A DNA stretch of 64,000 nucleotides. Origin: Synergistota bacterium. GTDB taxonomy: Bacteria > Synergistota > GBS-1. Positions within the stretch are counted from its first letter, which is position 1. Each line of letters opens with the position of its first letter. The notes beneath the pieces were generated by a model. It was not told where the DNA came from. It was given only the letters and a program-made list of their open reading frames with translations, and made no database searches. Where the stretch lies: contig JANXBX010000001.1 in the NCBI GenBank assembly GCA_025060595.1, forward strand, positions 20,459-84,458, given 5' to 3'. This document shows, one piece after another, positions 19,086-28,776 of the stretch. The position numbers were made by a program, and so were the translations under genes.

Positions 19086-20645
19086 TTACATCCCTCCCAA
19101 TATCTTAGATACATATGTTGTCTGATCTACCAACGCTTTAGCAGCAGGATCAACAATCGCCTTAACTATAAGCTCGGGGAAAAGCCCAAAGAATACAACC
19201 ACAAAAGCGAGAATTCCCATACCCACAAGCATGCTTGAAGGAACCTCCTTTAACTCCTTATATTCTGGTAATTGAGGTCCAAGAAAAGCGCTCTGGAAAA
19301 TTTTAACGAAAGAAGCAAGAGTTAAGACGCTAACAATCATAGCCATTATCGAAAGTATAGGATTAAATTTATAGACTGACTCGTATATCATGAGCTTGGA
19401 GGCAAAACCATTAAAGGGTGGCAAACCCGCTATAGCCGCAGCTCCAATGATAAAATAAACAGTAGTCCATGGCATATTATGAGCTAAACCCCCAAGCTTG
19501 TTTAAATCCCTCGTACCAGCTCTATAAAAAACAGCACCTGCTGTTAGAAAAAGCAATCCCTTATACATAGCGTGATTTATAATGTGAAATATTCCGCCCT
19601 TCATAGCCATAAGCCCATAATCCTTAAGCTCCATAGGATTGCCGAGAACAGCCAAACCAACACCAACTCCTAAAAGCATGTAACCTGTCTGGGAGATAGC
19701 ATGAAAAGCCATAAGCCTTTTTATCTCCTTCTGAACAAGGGCCATAGTAACACCTATAAACATGGATAAAACTCCAAATATTATAACTATCCAACCAACT
19801 GTAAGCGTGGACATCTTGATCCCAAATAGACTAAAGCAAGTTCTAAACAGACCATACAAACTTGCCTGACTAACGCTCACTAAAACAGCAGTAACCGAAG
19901 CGGGAGCCTCAGCATAAGCATCAGGTAACCACATATGAAGCGGAACAGCACCACACTTTAAAGCAAGGGAAACTACAAGCAAAATTAAAGCAACCTTATC
20001 GGCCCAAGAAAACTCCATCTTTTTAGCGATAGCAGCAAAATTAAGAGCATCATACTTACCATAAAGAAAACCAACTGCAACAAGTACAAACAATGCCGCC
20101 AAGCTACTTACAATCATATATTTTATAGCTGCCTCTATAGATTCTGCTTTGTAATATCTAAAACCTACCAAGGCTACAGAAGCTATAGAAGAGATCTCAA
20201 GGAAAACGAAGAAGTTAAATATATCACCAGTTAGCTCCATACCAAGCATCCCAACAAACATTAAGAGAAACAGAACATAATATTTATCCCTTCCGGTTTC
20301 TCTGCTAGTGTAAGCCATCGAGTAAATAGCACCAGCAAGCGCAGCTATGCTTCCTGAAAGAGCCATAAAGGCGCTCATCCCATCAACCTCAAATATAATT
20401 CTTATAGGGAACTTCATACCTGAGGGGAGTACTAAAGAAGGTAAAGCAGCACCAAATACATAAACTTGAGGCCCTAAAGCTGCAACCCTTCTCATAAGAA
20501 GAATCATCCCGATAGTAGAGAAAACCAAGGAAGCTATAGCCACACCATCTTGAATATATCTATTCCCAAAGACTTTATTAATTAACGGGATTGCAAAGGC
20601 AGCAAAAAGAGGAATAGCTAACACCAAAATAGGTAGATGCTCCAT
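19086..20645 (-). CDS. Mrp/Mnh antiporter subunit D-like (NuoL/M/N family), Mbh subunit H-like
   Basis: 519 aa, 14+ TM, NuoL/MnhD-type proton-pumping fold. Confidence 0.85.
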   Translation of the reverse strand: MEHLPILVLAIPLFAAFAIPLINKVFGNRYIQDGVAIASLVFSTIGMILLMRRVAALGPQVYVFGAALPSLVLPSGMKFPIRIIFEVDGMSAFMALSGSIAALAGAIYSMAYTSRETGRDKYYVLFLLMFVGMLGMELTGDIFNFFVFLEISSIASVALVGFRYYKAESIEAAIKYMIVSSLAALFVLVAVGFLYGKYDALNFAAIAKKMEFSWADKVALILLVVSLALKCGAVPLHMWLPDAYAEAPASVTAVLVSVSQASLYGLFRTCFSLFGIKMSTLTVGWIVIIFGVLSMFIGVTMALVQKEIKRLMAFHAISQTGYMLLGVGVGLAVLGNPMELKDYGLMAMKGGIFHIINHAMYKGLLFLTAGAVFYRAGTRDLNKLGGLAHNMPWTTVYFIIGAAAIAGLPPFNGFASKLMIYESVYKFNPILSIMAMIVSVLTLASFVKIFQSAFLGPQLPEYKELKEVPSSMLVGMGILAFVVVFFGLFPELIVKAIVDPAAKALVDQTTYVSKILGGM

Positions 20646-20651
20646 CTTCCA

Positions 20652-20996
20652 TCACCCTTTCAATTTTCTTAATTCCTTAACATCCAAGGTTCCATAATGC
20701 TTATAGGCCATAACAATTAAGCTCAATAACATCGCAGTTGTAGCAAGACCGATGACGATAGCGGTTAATGTTAGAGCCTGAGGAGTAGGAAGAACCATCT
20801 TTTTTCCAGCAGGCGCCATTGTGTATATAGGAGCAACTGCTCCCTTAACATACCCAAGAGTTATAAGAAAAAGGTTTACCGCCGCCTCCACTATGGATAA
20901 ACCTATAGCTATTTTAATCAAGTTTCTGTTAAACAATATTGCGTAAAGACCTAAGGCTAACATTATACCAACAACAACGAAGGGCATATACTTCAC
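20652..20996 (-). CDS. MnhC-like (NuoK-like) membrane subunit, Mbh subunit G-like
   Basis: 114 aa, 3 TM. Confidence 0.65.
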   Translation of the reverse strand: MKYMPFVVVGIMLALGLYAILFNRNLIKIAIGLSIVEAAVNLFLITLGYVKGAVAPIYTMAPAGKKMVLPTPQALTLTAIVIGLATTAMLLSLIVMAYKHYGTLDVKELRKLKG

Positions 20997-21484
20997 CTTT
21001 TATGCACCTCGCTTTCCTCTTTATTAAATGGTTTCAAGTATGCACCAAGAAACATAAAAAATAGAATCATACTTATACCACCAAAAACCTCAAGTCCAAC
21101 AGCCATATTCATCGGAGGAAGAGTCCCAGCAGTATTCAAATCGCCATCATTTATCCCTAAAGGAACTGGGTTTCCAAAAACTCCTCCAGAGTTAGCTATA
21201 AAGTTATAGAAAAAGGTAGCCCCTATACCTAAGAAAGCTATAGATATAAATAGTATTAGCCCCCCACTTTCTGCAACAGAGAAGAAGGAATCCTTATATT
21301 TCCTAAGAAAATCCTCCTTAGAGAAAGCTACTAAAAAAAGAGCTGTTGATGAGGCTATGACTGCACCTCCCTGGAAACCTCCTCCAGGTGTTAGATGTCC
21401 ATGAATAACAACGTAAAGTCCAAAAACTATGATAGCCCAAAAAGTTAAAGCTGTTATAGTCTTAACTATCTTAGACATGCTCAT
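20993..21484 (-). CDS. MnhB-like membrane subunit, Mbh subunit F-like
   Basis: 163 aa, membrane protein, overlapping starts and stops. Confidence 0.6.
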   Translation of the reverse strand: MSMSKIVKTITALTFWAIIVFGLYVVIHGHLTPGGGFQGGAVIASSTALFLVAFSKEDFLRKYKDSFFSVAESGGLILFISIAFLGIGATFFYNFIANSGGVFGNPVPLGINDGDLNTAGTLPPMNMAVGLEVFGGISMILFFMFLGAYLKPFNKEESEVHKR

Positions 21485-21750
21485 TTTCTCACCACTCCCC
21501 TAAAGGTAGCAGCCACCCCAATAACCGCTGTAAAAAGAACTGTAGCTTCTCCCAAGGTATCAAAACCACGGTAATCAAAAACTATTGATGTAACAACGTT
21601 ATTAGCAGCACACTCTTTCTGAGCATTTTGAATAAAGTAATCATCCATGTCACTTTGAAGCGGCTCCCCAAAGGGGTGAATGGTTGTCAAACCCCAAATT
21701 AATATAAGAGAGAAAAATAAAAAGCTAACCCATTTCAAGGCATTTCCCAT
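21481..21750 (-). CDS. Mbh subunit E-like small membrane protein
   Basis: 89 aa, single N-terminal TM helix. Confidence 0.5.
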   Translation of the reverse strand: MGNALKWVSFLFFSLILIWGLTTIHPFGEPLQSDMDDYFIQNAQKECAANNVVTSIVFDYRGFDTLGEATVLFTAVIGVAATFRGVVRK

Positions 21751-21753
21751 TTT

Positions 21754-21996
21754 CTAATCCCTCCTAACTCCTCTTAAGGCAAAGATAAAAATCGCAGTAG
21801 TAAGGCCAGCTCCAATACCAGCTTCAGCTATCGCAACATCCGGAGCATGAAGAAGATAAAATTCTAAGGAAAGCACTAAGCTCATAGCAGATAGAGCTAT
21901 AACTGAAGCAAGTAGATTTCTAAGAAAAACAGCAAGATAAGCCGCAATAACCAAAATTATCAACGTAAAGAAGTGAGCCCAATATTCTATACCCAT
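21754..21996 (-). CDS. Mbh subunit D-like small membrane protein
   Basis: 80 aa, 2 TM. Confidence 0.5.
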   Translation of the reverse strand: MGIEYWAHFFTLIILVIAAYLAVFLRNLLASVIALSAMSLVLSLEFYLLHAPDVAIAEAGIGAGLTTAIFIFALRGVRRD

Positions 21997-21999
21997 CTT

Positions 22000-22356
22000 T
22001 CACCACTTCCCTTCTTTCTCCGCAAGCTTATCAACTACGGCCCTCTTAGGCATGACACCACTTCTATGAGCCGCCCTTGCTATAGCATGAGCTCCCGTAG
22101 GGTTAGTTAAAAGCAAAGCTATAAGCGCAAGTATAGCGTGAATAGCAAGAACACAAAATCTTGCTTCACCTGTACTAATCCATTTACTAAATCCGTAGAT
22201 TATTACCCCAAGAGAGGTAAATATAGAACCAAAAGTTGTAGCTTTAGTAGCACCATGCAAACGAGTGTAAACATCCGGAAACCTATAAAGAGCTATAGCA
22301 CCGAGACCATTAAAAGTAATCCCTACTATCAAACACAGTATAATGAGCCCCGACAT
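22000..22356 (-). CDS. MnhG-like subunit, Mbh subunit C-like
   Basis: 118 aa, 3 TM plus a charged C-terminal tail. Confidence 0.6.
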   Translation of the reverse strand: MSGLIILCLIVGITFNGLGAIALYRFPDVYTRLHGATKATTFGSIFTSLGVIIYGFSKWISTGEARFCVLAIHAILALIALLLTNPTGAHAIARAAHRSGVMPKRAVVDKLAEKEGKW

Positions 22357-22358
22357 AT

Positions 22359-22664
22359 CTAAATCCCCCTTTCTAAGTAACGAGCTATAAACAAAGTCGC
22401 TATGAAAGAAAGAAGAGCATAAACTATAGCTATATCCACGTAAATAACAGAGTCAAAAGCAGCTCCAAAAACTATCATTGCAGCAACAACATAAGTATTA
22501 ACGGTATCTAAACCTACAACCCTATCTGGAACAGTAGGTCCCAATGCAGATCTCCCTATAGCCAAGAAACTAAATATAACTAAAAACACACCTGTTATCA
22601 TAAACCATACGCTCAAATCCATCATTCTATTATCCTCCTTGCCCATTGGGGAAAATCTCCACAA
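22359..22664 (-). CDS. MnhF-like subunit, Mbh subunit B-like
   Basis: 101 aa, 3 TM. Confidence 0.6.
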   Translation of the reverse strand: MWRFSPMGKEDNRMMDLSVWFMITGVFLVIFSFLAIGRSALGPTVPDRVVGLDTVNTYVVAAMIVFGAAFDSVIYVDIAIVYALLSFIATLFIARYLERGI

Positions 22665-23128
22665 ATCTCTTGAGGTTCTGGTTCAAGATTTTTAACGTCG
22701 ATCCAGTGAACATAAAGTTCGTTTTCATTCTCATCCACATCTACACTTAAGGTACCAGGTGTTAACGTTATAGAATTAGCTAAAAAAGTTAAAGCCATGT
22801 CTTTTCTAAGCCCTGTTTTGATCTTAACTATACCCGGATTTATATTGCCTGTAAAAACTCTAATTGCCACATCTATATTAGCCTTAGCCATAGCTATAAA
22901 GAATGGGACAAATAAATAGTACAAAAAGAGCACCCACCTATAAGGGTTTAAAAGAGTAGCAGGAATATATTCTCCAAAAACCTTACCTCCAGCCAAACCA
23001 GCCACAAACGCAACTGGGATACCGATCACGAGTTCACCCAAACTCCACAAACCAATATCTCCACTCCCAATCGTTAGAACCAGATAAAGTAGATAAGATA
23101 AAATTGTGACGGCTATATAAGATCCCAC
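22622..23128 (-). CDS. MnhE-like subunit, Mbh subunit A-like
   Basis: 168 aa, first gene of the 14-gene block. GTG start with GGAGGG Shine-Dalgarno. Confidence 0.6.
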   Translation of the reverse strand: MGSYIAVTILSYLLYLVLTIGSGDIGLWSLGELVIGIPVAFVAGLAGGKVFGEYIPATLLNPYRWVLFLYYLFVPFFIAMAKANIDVAIRVFTGNINPGIVKIKTGLRKDMALTFLANSITLTPGTLSVDVDENENELYVHWIDVKNLEPEPQEICGDFPQWARRIIE

Positions 23129-23215
23129 TTAGACCATCCCTCCTTCCAAGGAAGCTTCCGAAGCTTTATTTTATCACATTTTCTCGAAAAGAGAAAAAGA
23201 AATTTGCTTTAAAAG

Positions 23216-24094
23216 TTATACAAAACTGCCCTTACCAATCAAAATAACCTTACCACCAACTAAAACTTCTATTTCTTCTTCTTTCCTATTAGTTTTCAGG
23301 AAAAGAAGAGATGGCCTTCTAACCTCGTATCCCTGCTCAACTTTGATATTGATTTCATCACTTCCAAAATACTTATACTTAGAAAGATATGCCGCTAAAC
23401 ATCCATTAGCACTTCCTGTCGCAGGATCCTCAGGAACACCATAATAATAGGCAAAAACCCTGACACTTAAAGAAGTATCTGGTCTCCTTGTTTCTGGACA
23501 AAAAGCTAAAATAAGCTTCGCGTTAAGTTTTTCCACTAAGGAATTATATTTATCCACATTTACTCTAATTCTCTTCAGTGCAAGCAAGCTTTTCAATGGA
23601 ACTATTAGAGCAGGAAGACCAGTTGATACCTCTTCTATAGGAAATCTCTCATCTAAATCTTCTACAGCTAATCCTAAAACATCTACCATAACACTCTTTT
23701 CAACTCTTTCACCGAAAGAAGGAGATCTTTGCCTCATCCACAAAACTTTTTCACCTCCACTTCCTGAAAAGAAAACAGGTATTTGCCCAACTTTTAGATT
23801 CAAGATTACTCTTTCAACCTCCCTCTTTATAATTTCCTGTTGAACCACAAACGCAGTTCCTAAGGTAGGATGACCAGCAAAGGGAACCTCACACTCTGGG
23901 GTAAAAATTCTAACATCATAACTACCACTCTTCTCTTGTGAAGAAACAAAGGTGGTTTCAGAATAGTTCATTTCCCTCGCTATAAGTTGCATTTCCTCAG
24001 GAGGTATATTCTCAGCATCAAGAAAAACAGCAAGCTGATTCCCCGAGTATTTATTTTCAGCAAAAACATCAACTATGAAAAAGTTTTTAACCAT
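23216..24094 (-). CDS. PhzF-family isomerase (diaminopimelate-epimerase-like fold)
   Basis: Start MVKNFFIVDVFAE and ...SETTF motif are typical of PhzF. I place the start at the internal ATG at 24094, with GGGAGG Shine-Dalgarno upstream. Confidence 0.75.
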   Translation of the reverse strand: MVKNFFIVDVFAENKYSGNQLAVFLDAENIPPEEMQLIAREMNYSETTFVSSQEKSGSYDVRIFTPECEVPFAGHPTLGTAFVVQQEIIKREVERVILNLKVGQIPVFFSGSGGEKVLWMRQRSPSFGERVEKSVMVDVLGLAVEDLDERFPIEEVSTGLPALIVPLKSLLALKRIRVNVDKYNSLVEKLNAKLILAFCPETRRPDTSLSVRVFAYYYGVPEDPATGSANGCLAAYLSKYKYFGSDEINIKVEQGYEVRRPSLLFLKTNRKEEEIEVLVGGKVILIGKGSFV

Positions 24095-24167
24095 AATCCA
24101 TACCTCCCTTAAGAAAGCTATCAAAATGATAGCACAAAAATTTGATTTAAAAGTTGCTTTCGGAAAA

Positions 24168-24196
24168 TTGACAGACTTTAAAAATTAACCTATTAT
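24168..24196 (+). promoter_or_regulatory. Sigma70-type promoter TTGACA-17-TATTAT upstream of the globin-sensor gene
   Basis: TTGACA at 24168-24173, 17-nt spacer, TATTAT at 24191-24196. Shine-Dalgarno AAAAAGGAGG at 24215-24224, ATG at 24233. Confidence 0.5.
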
Positions 24197-24232
24197 GAAA
24201 AAAAACCTCTCATAAAAAGGAGGCTTTACAGC

Positions 24233-24946
24233 ATGATTGAAGAAAAAAAGATTAATTTCAAAAAAAGGTTCATCGATCTTAAAGAGGAAGAAGAACAAGC
24301 ATTAATGGAAGCAAGTAGCTTTTTTGATAAGAGAGTTTCAGAATTAAGCGAAAAGCTCTTTTCCCACCTATCTCGCCTAGGAGAAAAAAGCCATTTTAAG
24401 CTGAAAGAAGACTGGAGGGAAATAATAAATGAGTATCTTAAAAGTCTCTTTAAAGATCCTGTAGACGATGCTTACCTTGATAAGAGAAGCTCCCTTGGAG
24501 AAAAAATTTATAATAAGGGTATAGCAATAGAAGGCTTCATAGGCATTTATAACCCAATAATTAAAGCCATACTTGAAACAGCTTTTGAAGTATATAGAGA
24601 AGAAAAAGAAAAAATAATTCTCCTAATAGCTTCTATCTTTAAGAGAATTAACCTTGATATCCAATTAATCGTAGAAGAATATATGAATTTGATAGGCAAG
24701 GGAATAGCTGAAGCAAGCGAGGATCTTAAAAATATAGTTAAAACCATATATAAGATCGCAGGACAGACAAAGTTAATAGCCTTAAACGCAGCAATTGAGG
24801 CTGCTCGAGCAGGAACATCAGGAAAAACCTTCACCGTTGTTGCCCAGGAGATAAGTAAATTAGCAGCTTCCTCAGCAAAGGCAGCTGAAGAGGCTGACGA
24901 AATGATAAGAAAGCACTTAGAGAGCTTTGTTAAAGGTTGGGAGTAA
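24233..24946 (+). CDS. Globin-coupled-sensor-like protein: sensor-globin domain fused to only the conserved tip segment of an MCP signalling domain
   Basis: The C-terminus [51 protein letters not shown] is the highly conserved MCP core. The N-terminal ~160 aa resembles the HemAT-type sensor globin (..[13 protein letters not shown]..). Only 237 aa in total. Confidence 0.55.
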   Translation: MIEEKKINFKKRFIDLKEEEEQALMEASSFFDKRVSELSEKLFSHLSRLGEKSHFKLKEDWREIINEYLKSLFKDPVDDAYLDKRSSLGEKIYNKGIAIEGFIGIYNPIIKAILETAFEVYREEKEKIILLIASIFKRINLDIQLIVEEYMNLIGKGIAEASEDLKNIVKTIYKIAGQTKLIALNAAIEAARAGTSGKTFTVVAQEISKLAASSAKAAEEADEMIRKHLESFVKGWE

Positions 24947-24952
24947 ATATAA

Positions 24953-25672
24953 ATGGATGCAATTCAGATATCAGAAGAAAAACCTCCCAGTCTTATACTT
25001 GCAATATGTTTGGTAACCCTAGGAATACTTTCAGAAATAATTTTGATACCAGTGTTTTCAACACTAACATCAGATTTACCAATCTTTTTAGAGAAGAAAG
25101 AGTTAGTCAAATCAATTAACTTAATTACCTTATCGCTATTTATAAAAATAGCAGCAGGAATTCTACAACTAATACTTCTATACTCTTGGAGTAAAGCATT
25201 AGAAAGAAACATTAAAAACACTATGTTAGTTTTCCAATTAGTATACGAAAATATTAATGAAGACAAAAGAGGAACTCTATCCCTCTTTTTATTTAGGCTT
25301 TCTCAAATGAAAATAAACTCTTGGGCTTTTCCCATTTATGCGTTTCTTTATGCTTTTGGAGCTATAATTCCTGTATTAAATGTAATGAATATACCAGCAT
25401 TAATATTCTTAGCCATATACTTACACTCGTTATTTTCCGTGAGTTCTGACCTTTCAAAGTTTAAAAATATGATCTACTTCCATCTCTTAGGTGGCATACC
25501 ATTCCCAATACCAGAAATAAGAGAAAGAAACGTAATAGTAGTTGCTATACTTTCCATCATAACACTCAATATATATTGGCTTTACCTCCTGATAAAGCTC
25601 ACCAAAGAAATATCAAATTTCATAAACGCCGATATGAAAATAAGAAAACACTTAACAGAGACTTTAAAATAA
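24953..25672 (+). CDS. Hypothetical polytopic membrane protein (about 6 TM)
   Basis: 239 aa, begins 6 nt after the previous stop; no recognisable family. Confidence 0.45.
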   Translation: MDAIQISEEKPPSLILAICLVTLGILSEIILIPVFSTLTSDLPIFLEKKELVKSINLITLSLFIKIAAGILQLILLYSWSKALERNIKNTMLVFQLVYENINEDKRGTLSLFLFRLSQMKINSWAFPIYAFLYAFGAIIPVLNVMNIPALIFLAIYLHSLFSVSSDLSKFKNMIYFHLLGGIPFPIPEIRERNVIVVAILSIITLNIYWLYLLIKLTKEISNFINADMKIRKHLTETLK

Positions 25673-25706
25673 AGAGGGGATCACCTTTTAAAAGGTGATC
25701 CCCTCT
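25673..25706. terminator. Bidirectional intrinsic terminator between convergent genes
   Basis: Perfect 13-bp inverted repeat AGAGGGGATCACC-TTTTAAAA-GGTGATCCCCTCT, flanked by T/A runs on both strands. Confidence 0.7.
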
Positions 25707-25725
25707 TTAGCTTACCGCGTTATTT

Positions 25726-26658
25726 CTAGACAGTTTCCCCACACATTTTAAGAACGAAGTTCCATTCCCTATCTACATGCTTCTGTATTTCATCAATAAG
25801 ATGTCTTTTTTCAGGAACAAATAGGTGACGGAACCTTCCCTGAATTTTCAGGAATTCTTCGATAGGTTTTTTCTCCTTAGGTTTGTAAGAAAGCTTCCAC
25901 TCGTCATTGATAATTTCAAACACAGGCCAGAAGCAAGTGTCAACAGCAAGCTTACAGAGTTTAATCATATCTGCAGGATCTACCCTCCAGAACCTTACGC
26001 AAGGAGCAAGGACGTTTATAAAGGCAGGTCCCGGTGTCTCGATAGCTTTCCTTACCTTATTAACCAGATCTAGAGGGTTATGTAATGTAGTTTGAGCAAC
26101 ATAAGGTATATGATGACCAGCAACTATAGCAGTCAGATCCTTTCTCCACTGTGTTTTACCAGGTATAACTTTTCCAACAGGTGCAGTAGTTGTATCAGCA
26201 CACATCGGAGTTCCTCCGGATCTCTGAGCCCCTGTATTCATATAACCCTCATTGTTATAGCATATGTATAGGAAATCATGTCCTCTCTCAAGGGCTCCAG
26301 AAAGCGACTGAAGTCCTATATCGTAGGTTCCACCATCACCGCCAAAAGCCACAAACTTCACATCTTTGCTTATCTTACCCTTCTTTTTTAGAGCCCTATA
26401 GGCAGCTTCTACTCCAGATATCGTAGCAGCAGCATTCTCGAAAGCGCTATGAATCCAGGAAACTCTCCAAGCAGTATAAGGGTAAATAGTTGTAGAAACC
26501 TCAAGACAACCCGTAGCACAAGAAACCACAACAGGCTCATTAATAGCGAGCATGGTTAGTCTGGCCGTTAAAGCTGCTCCACAACCAGGACACAATCTAT
26601 GTCCATAAACGAACTTTTCTTCCCTTTTAAGAAGGTCTCTAACAGTTAAAGGCATCAA
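25726..26658 (-). CDS. porB: Pyruvate/2-oxoacid:ferredoxin oxidoreductase beta subunit (TPP-binding)
   Basis: Motifs CPGCG.., GDGG.YDIGLQ (TPP-binding) and CYNNEGYMNTG. Confidence 0.9.
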   Translation of the reverse strand: MMPLTVRDLLKREEKFVYGHRLCPGCGAALTARLTMLAINEPVVVSCATGCLEVSTTIYPYTAWRVSWIHSAFENAAATISGVEAAYRALKKKGKISKDVKFVAFGGDGGTYDIGLQSLSGALERGHDFLYICYNNEGYMNTGAQRSGGTPMCADTTTAPVGKVIPGKTQWRKDLTAIVAGHHIPYVAQTTLHNPLDLVNKVRKAIETPGPAFINVLAPCVRFWRVDPADMIKLCKLAVDTCFWPVFEIINDEWKLSYKPKEKKPIEEFLKIQGRFRHLFVPEKRHLIDEIQKHVDREWNFVLKMCGETV

Positions 26659-26669
26659 AGCACACCTCC

Positions 26670-27836
26670 TTATTCCCTAACCCCGAGATACTTCTCTTCC
26701 TTGGATATATTACCATTCATCAAATCCTCATAAACGCTTCTTATAAGAGATGGAGGAGTATCTCTTCCTCCAAGACCATAGATATAAGATGCTAAAACAG
26801 GTTTCGCCTTTACATCATAAAGTGCAGACTTTATTTCACAGAAGAGAGGAGCTTCTGCACCTACAGAGTAAGCCCTATCTAAAACAGCCACAGCCTTCTT
26901 ACCTTCTAGAAGACGAGATATTTCTTCTTTGGGGAACGGACGATAAAGTCTTATCTTAAGTAGACCAACCTTTTTACCTTGAGCCCTTAATTCCTTAACA
27001 ACATGCTTTGTAGTTCCAGCTGTGGAAGACATAACAACTATTACATATTCAGCATCATCCATGTAAAACCCCTCAACTTTAGGATATTTTCTACCTGTAA
27101 TTTTAGATAGCTCTTCAGCTACCTCCTCGTAAGCCTTCGGAACATGCTTCATTGCCTCAAACTGTTGACGTTTATGCTCAAAGTAGTAATCAAAAAGATC
27201 AAGAGCTCCATAAGTCTTCGGATTATCAGTATCAAGTAAAGGATTCCAAGGCTTAAACTCCCCTATAAACTTCTTAACCACCTCATCATCTAATATCTCA
27301 ACAGGTTCAACTCCATGAGAGGTTATAAACCCGTCTTGGCAAACCATAACAGGTAAACGAACATCTTCACGCTCTGCAAGTCTTATAGCCAAGATGGTAT
27401 GATCGTAAACCTCTTGAGCTGTTTCACTATAGATCTGGATCCAACCAGAATCCCTCTCCGCCATTGTATCAGCATGATCACAATGTATGTTTATAGGAGC
27501 AGAAAGAGCTCTATTAACCACACCCATAACAATCGGTAGCCTTAAGCCAGATGCTATATAAACTACCTCGTGCATCAAAGCCAAACCCTGAGCAGATGTA
27601 GCAGTCATAACCCTTGCACCTGCAGCAGAGGCTCCAACGCAAGCCGACATAGCAGAGTGCTCACTCTCAGCAGTGACAAGCTCGGTATCTACAAGACCGT
27701 CGGCAACAAATTCAGCAAAGGTCATCATTATCTCCGTCTGAGGAGTTATGGGATAAGCAGCAACCACATCAGGGTTAATTTGTCTCATAGCCTCAGCAAA
27801 GGCTGCATTACCAGTCAAAGGTATTTTCTTTTTCAT
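26670..27836 (-). CDS. porA: Pyruvate/2-oxoacid:ferredoxin oxidoreductase alpha subunit
   Basis: 388 aa; N-terminus LTGNAAFAEAMRQINPDVVAAYPITPQTEIM is typical of PorA. Confidence 0.9.
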   Translation of the reverse strand: MKKKIPLTGNAAFAEAMRQINPDVVAAYPITPQTEIMMTFAEFVADGLVDTELVTAESEHSAMSACVGASAAGARVMTATSAQGLALMHEVVYIASGLRLPIVMGVVNRALSAPINIHCDHADTMAERDSGWIQIYSETAQEVYDHTILAIRLAEREDVRLPVMVCQDGFITSHGVEPVEILDDEVVKKFIGEFKPWNPLLDTDNPKTYGALDLFDYYFEHKRQQFEAMKHVPKAYEEVAEELSKITGRKYPKVEGFYMDDAEYVIVVMSSTAGTTKHVVKELRAQGKKVGLLKIRLYRPFPKEEISRLLEGKKAVAVLDRAYSVGAEAPLFCEIKSALYDVKAKPVLASYIYGLGGRDTPPSLIRSVYEDLMNGNISKEEKYLGVRE

Positions 27837-28135
27837 TTCTTCTCACCTTCCTCAAAAAGTGACTCCGGTTTCATCTCTATAGCACTTTTTGGACAAATAG
27901 CAGCACAGACTCCACAACCTTTACAATAATCATAATTTATACCACTTACCTTATTGTCCCTTACAAGAATAGAGCCATCCGGACAGTGAAGCCAACACAT
28001 AAAACAATTTATGCATTTATCCTTATTCCATACAGGTCTTATACTTCTCCACGTCCCAGTTTTATACTTAATGCTGTTTCCCGCTTCAAGTATTACACCC
28101 CCAGGCGGGAGTTCCTTCCAACCCTTAAGACTCAT
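27833..28135 (-). CDS. porD: POR delta subunit (2x[4Fe-4S] ferredoxin)
   Basis: Motifs CINCFMCWLHCP and CKGCGVCAAICP. Confidence 0.85.
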   Translation of the reverse strand: MSLKGWKELPPGGVILEAGNSIKYKTGTWRSIRPVWNKDKCINCFMCWLHCPDGSILVRDNKVSGINYDYCKGCGVCAAICPKSAIEMKPESLFEEGEKK

Positions 28136-28713
28136 TCTCCCTGCACCTCCTCATAGCCACGGCGCATGGCCCTTAGATTCGCTTCCACTCTCTCAGGAGT
28201 AAGTCTCCCCTCAAACTTACTTCTAAAATGTTCCTCAAAGCTTCTAAGAGGAACTTCCCCTATTATCTTAGCAAGAGCCCCAAGTATCGGCGTATTAGGG
28301 AAATTAACTTTCATTTCCTCAAGAGCAATCTTAGTAGCATCAACAACATAAACTTTCTGAGACTTCAAGCCTAATTTTCTCTTCACATCAGCAGGAGTCA
28401 ATGTGGTATTTACAAGCAGTACGCCGTCTTCTTTTAAACCCTCAGCTACATTAACAGCTGTAAGCAATGTAGGATCAATTACCACAACAATATCAGGATT
28501 CTCTACCTGACAGTGAAGTAAAATTTCCACCTTACTTAACCTATCAAAGGCTTTCATAGGAGCTCCCGACCTCTCCGCGCCATACTCAGGAAAGGCCTGA
28601 ATGTGATATCCCTGCTCAAAAAACACCTCAGCTAAAATCTGGGCCCCTGTTTTAGCCCCTTGGCCTCCTCTACCATGCCAACGTACTTCAATGAGCCTCT
28701 CCAAGACCTTCAC
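28132..28713 (-). CDS. porG: POR gamma subunit
   Basis: 193 aa with the N-terminal GRGGQGAKTGAQILAE motif. Confidence 0.85.
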   Translation of the reverse strand: MKVLERLIEVRWHGRGGQGAKTGAQILAEVFFEQGYHIQAFPEYGAERSGAPMKAFDRLSKVEILLHCQVENPDIVVVIDPTLLTAVNVAEGLKEDGVLLVNTTLTPADVKRKLGLKSQKVYVVDATKIALEEMKVNFPNTPILGALAKIIGEVPLRSFEEHFRSKFEGRLTPERVEANLRAMRRGYEEVQGE

Positions 28714-28776
28714 CTCCCAACCTTAAGCCAAATAAACCCTTAGTATTATACCCTTACAACCCTAACTTTTCAATCT

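Noticed and set aside
28714-28776. Possible promoter or terminator between porG and the histidine phosphatase gene
   Set aside because: It is a short spacer without a convincing hairpin or -35/-10 pair that I could verify.
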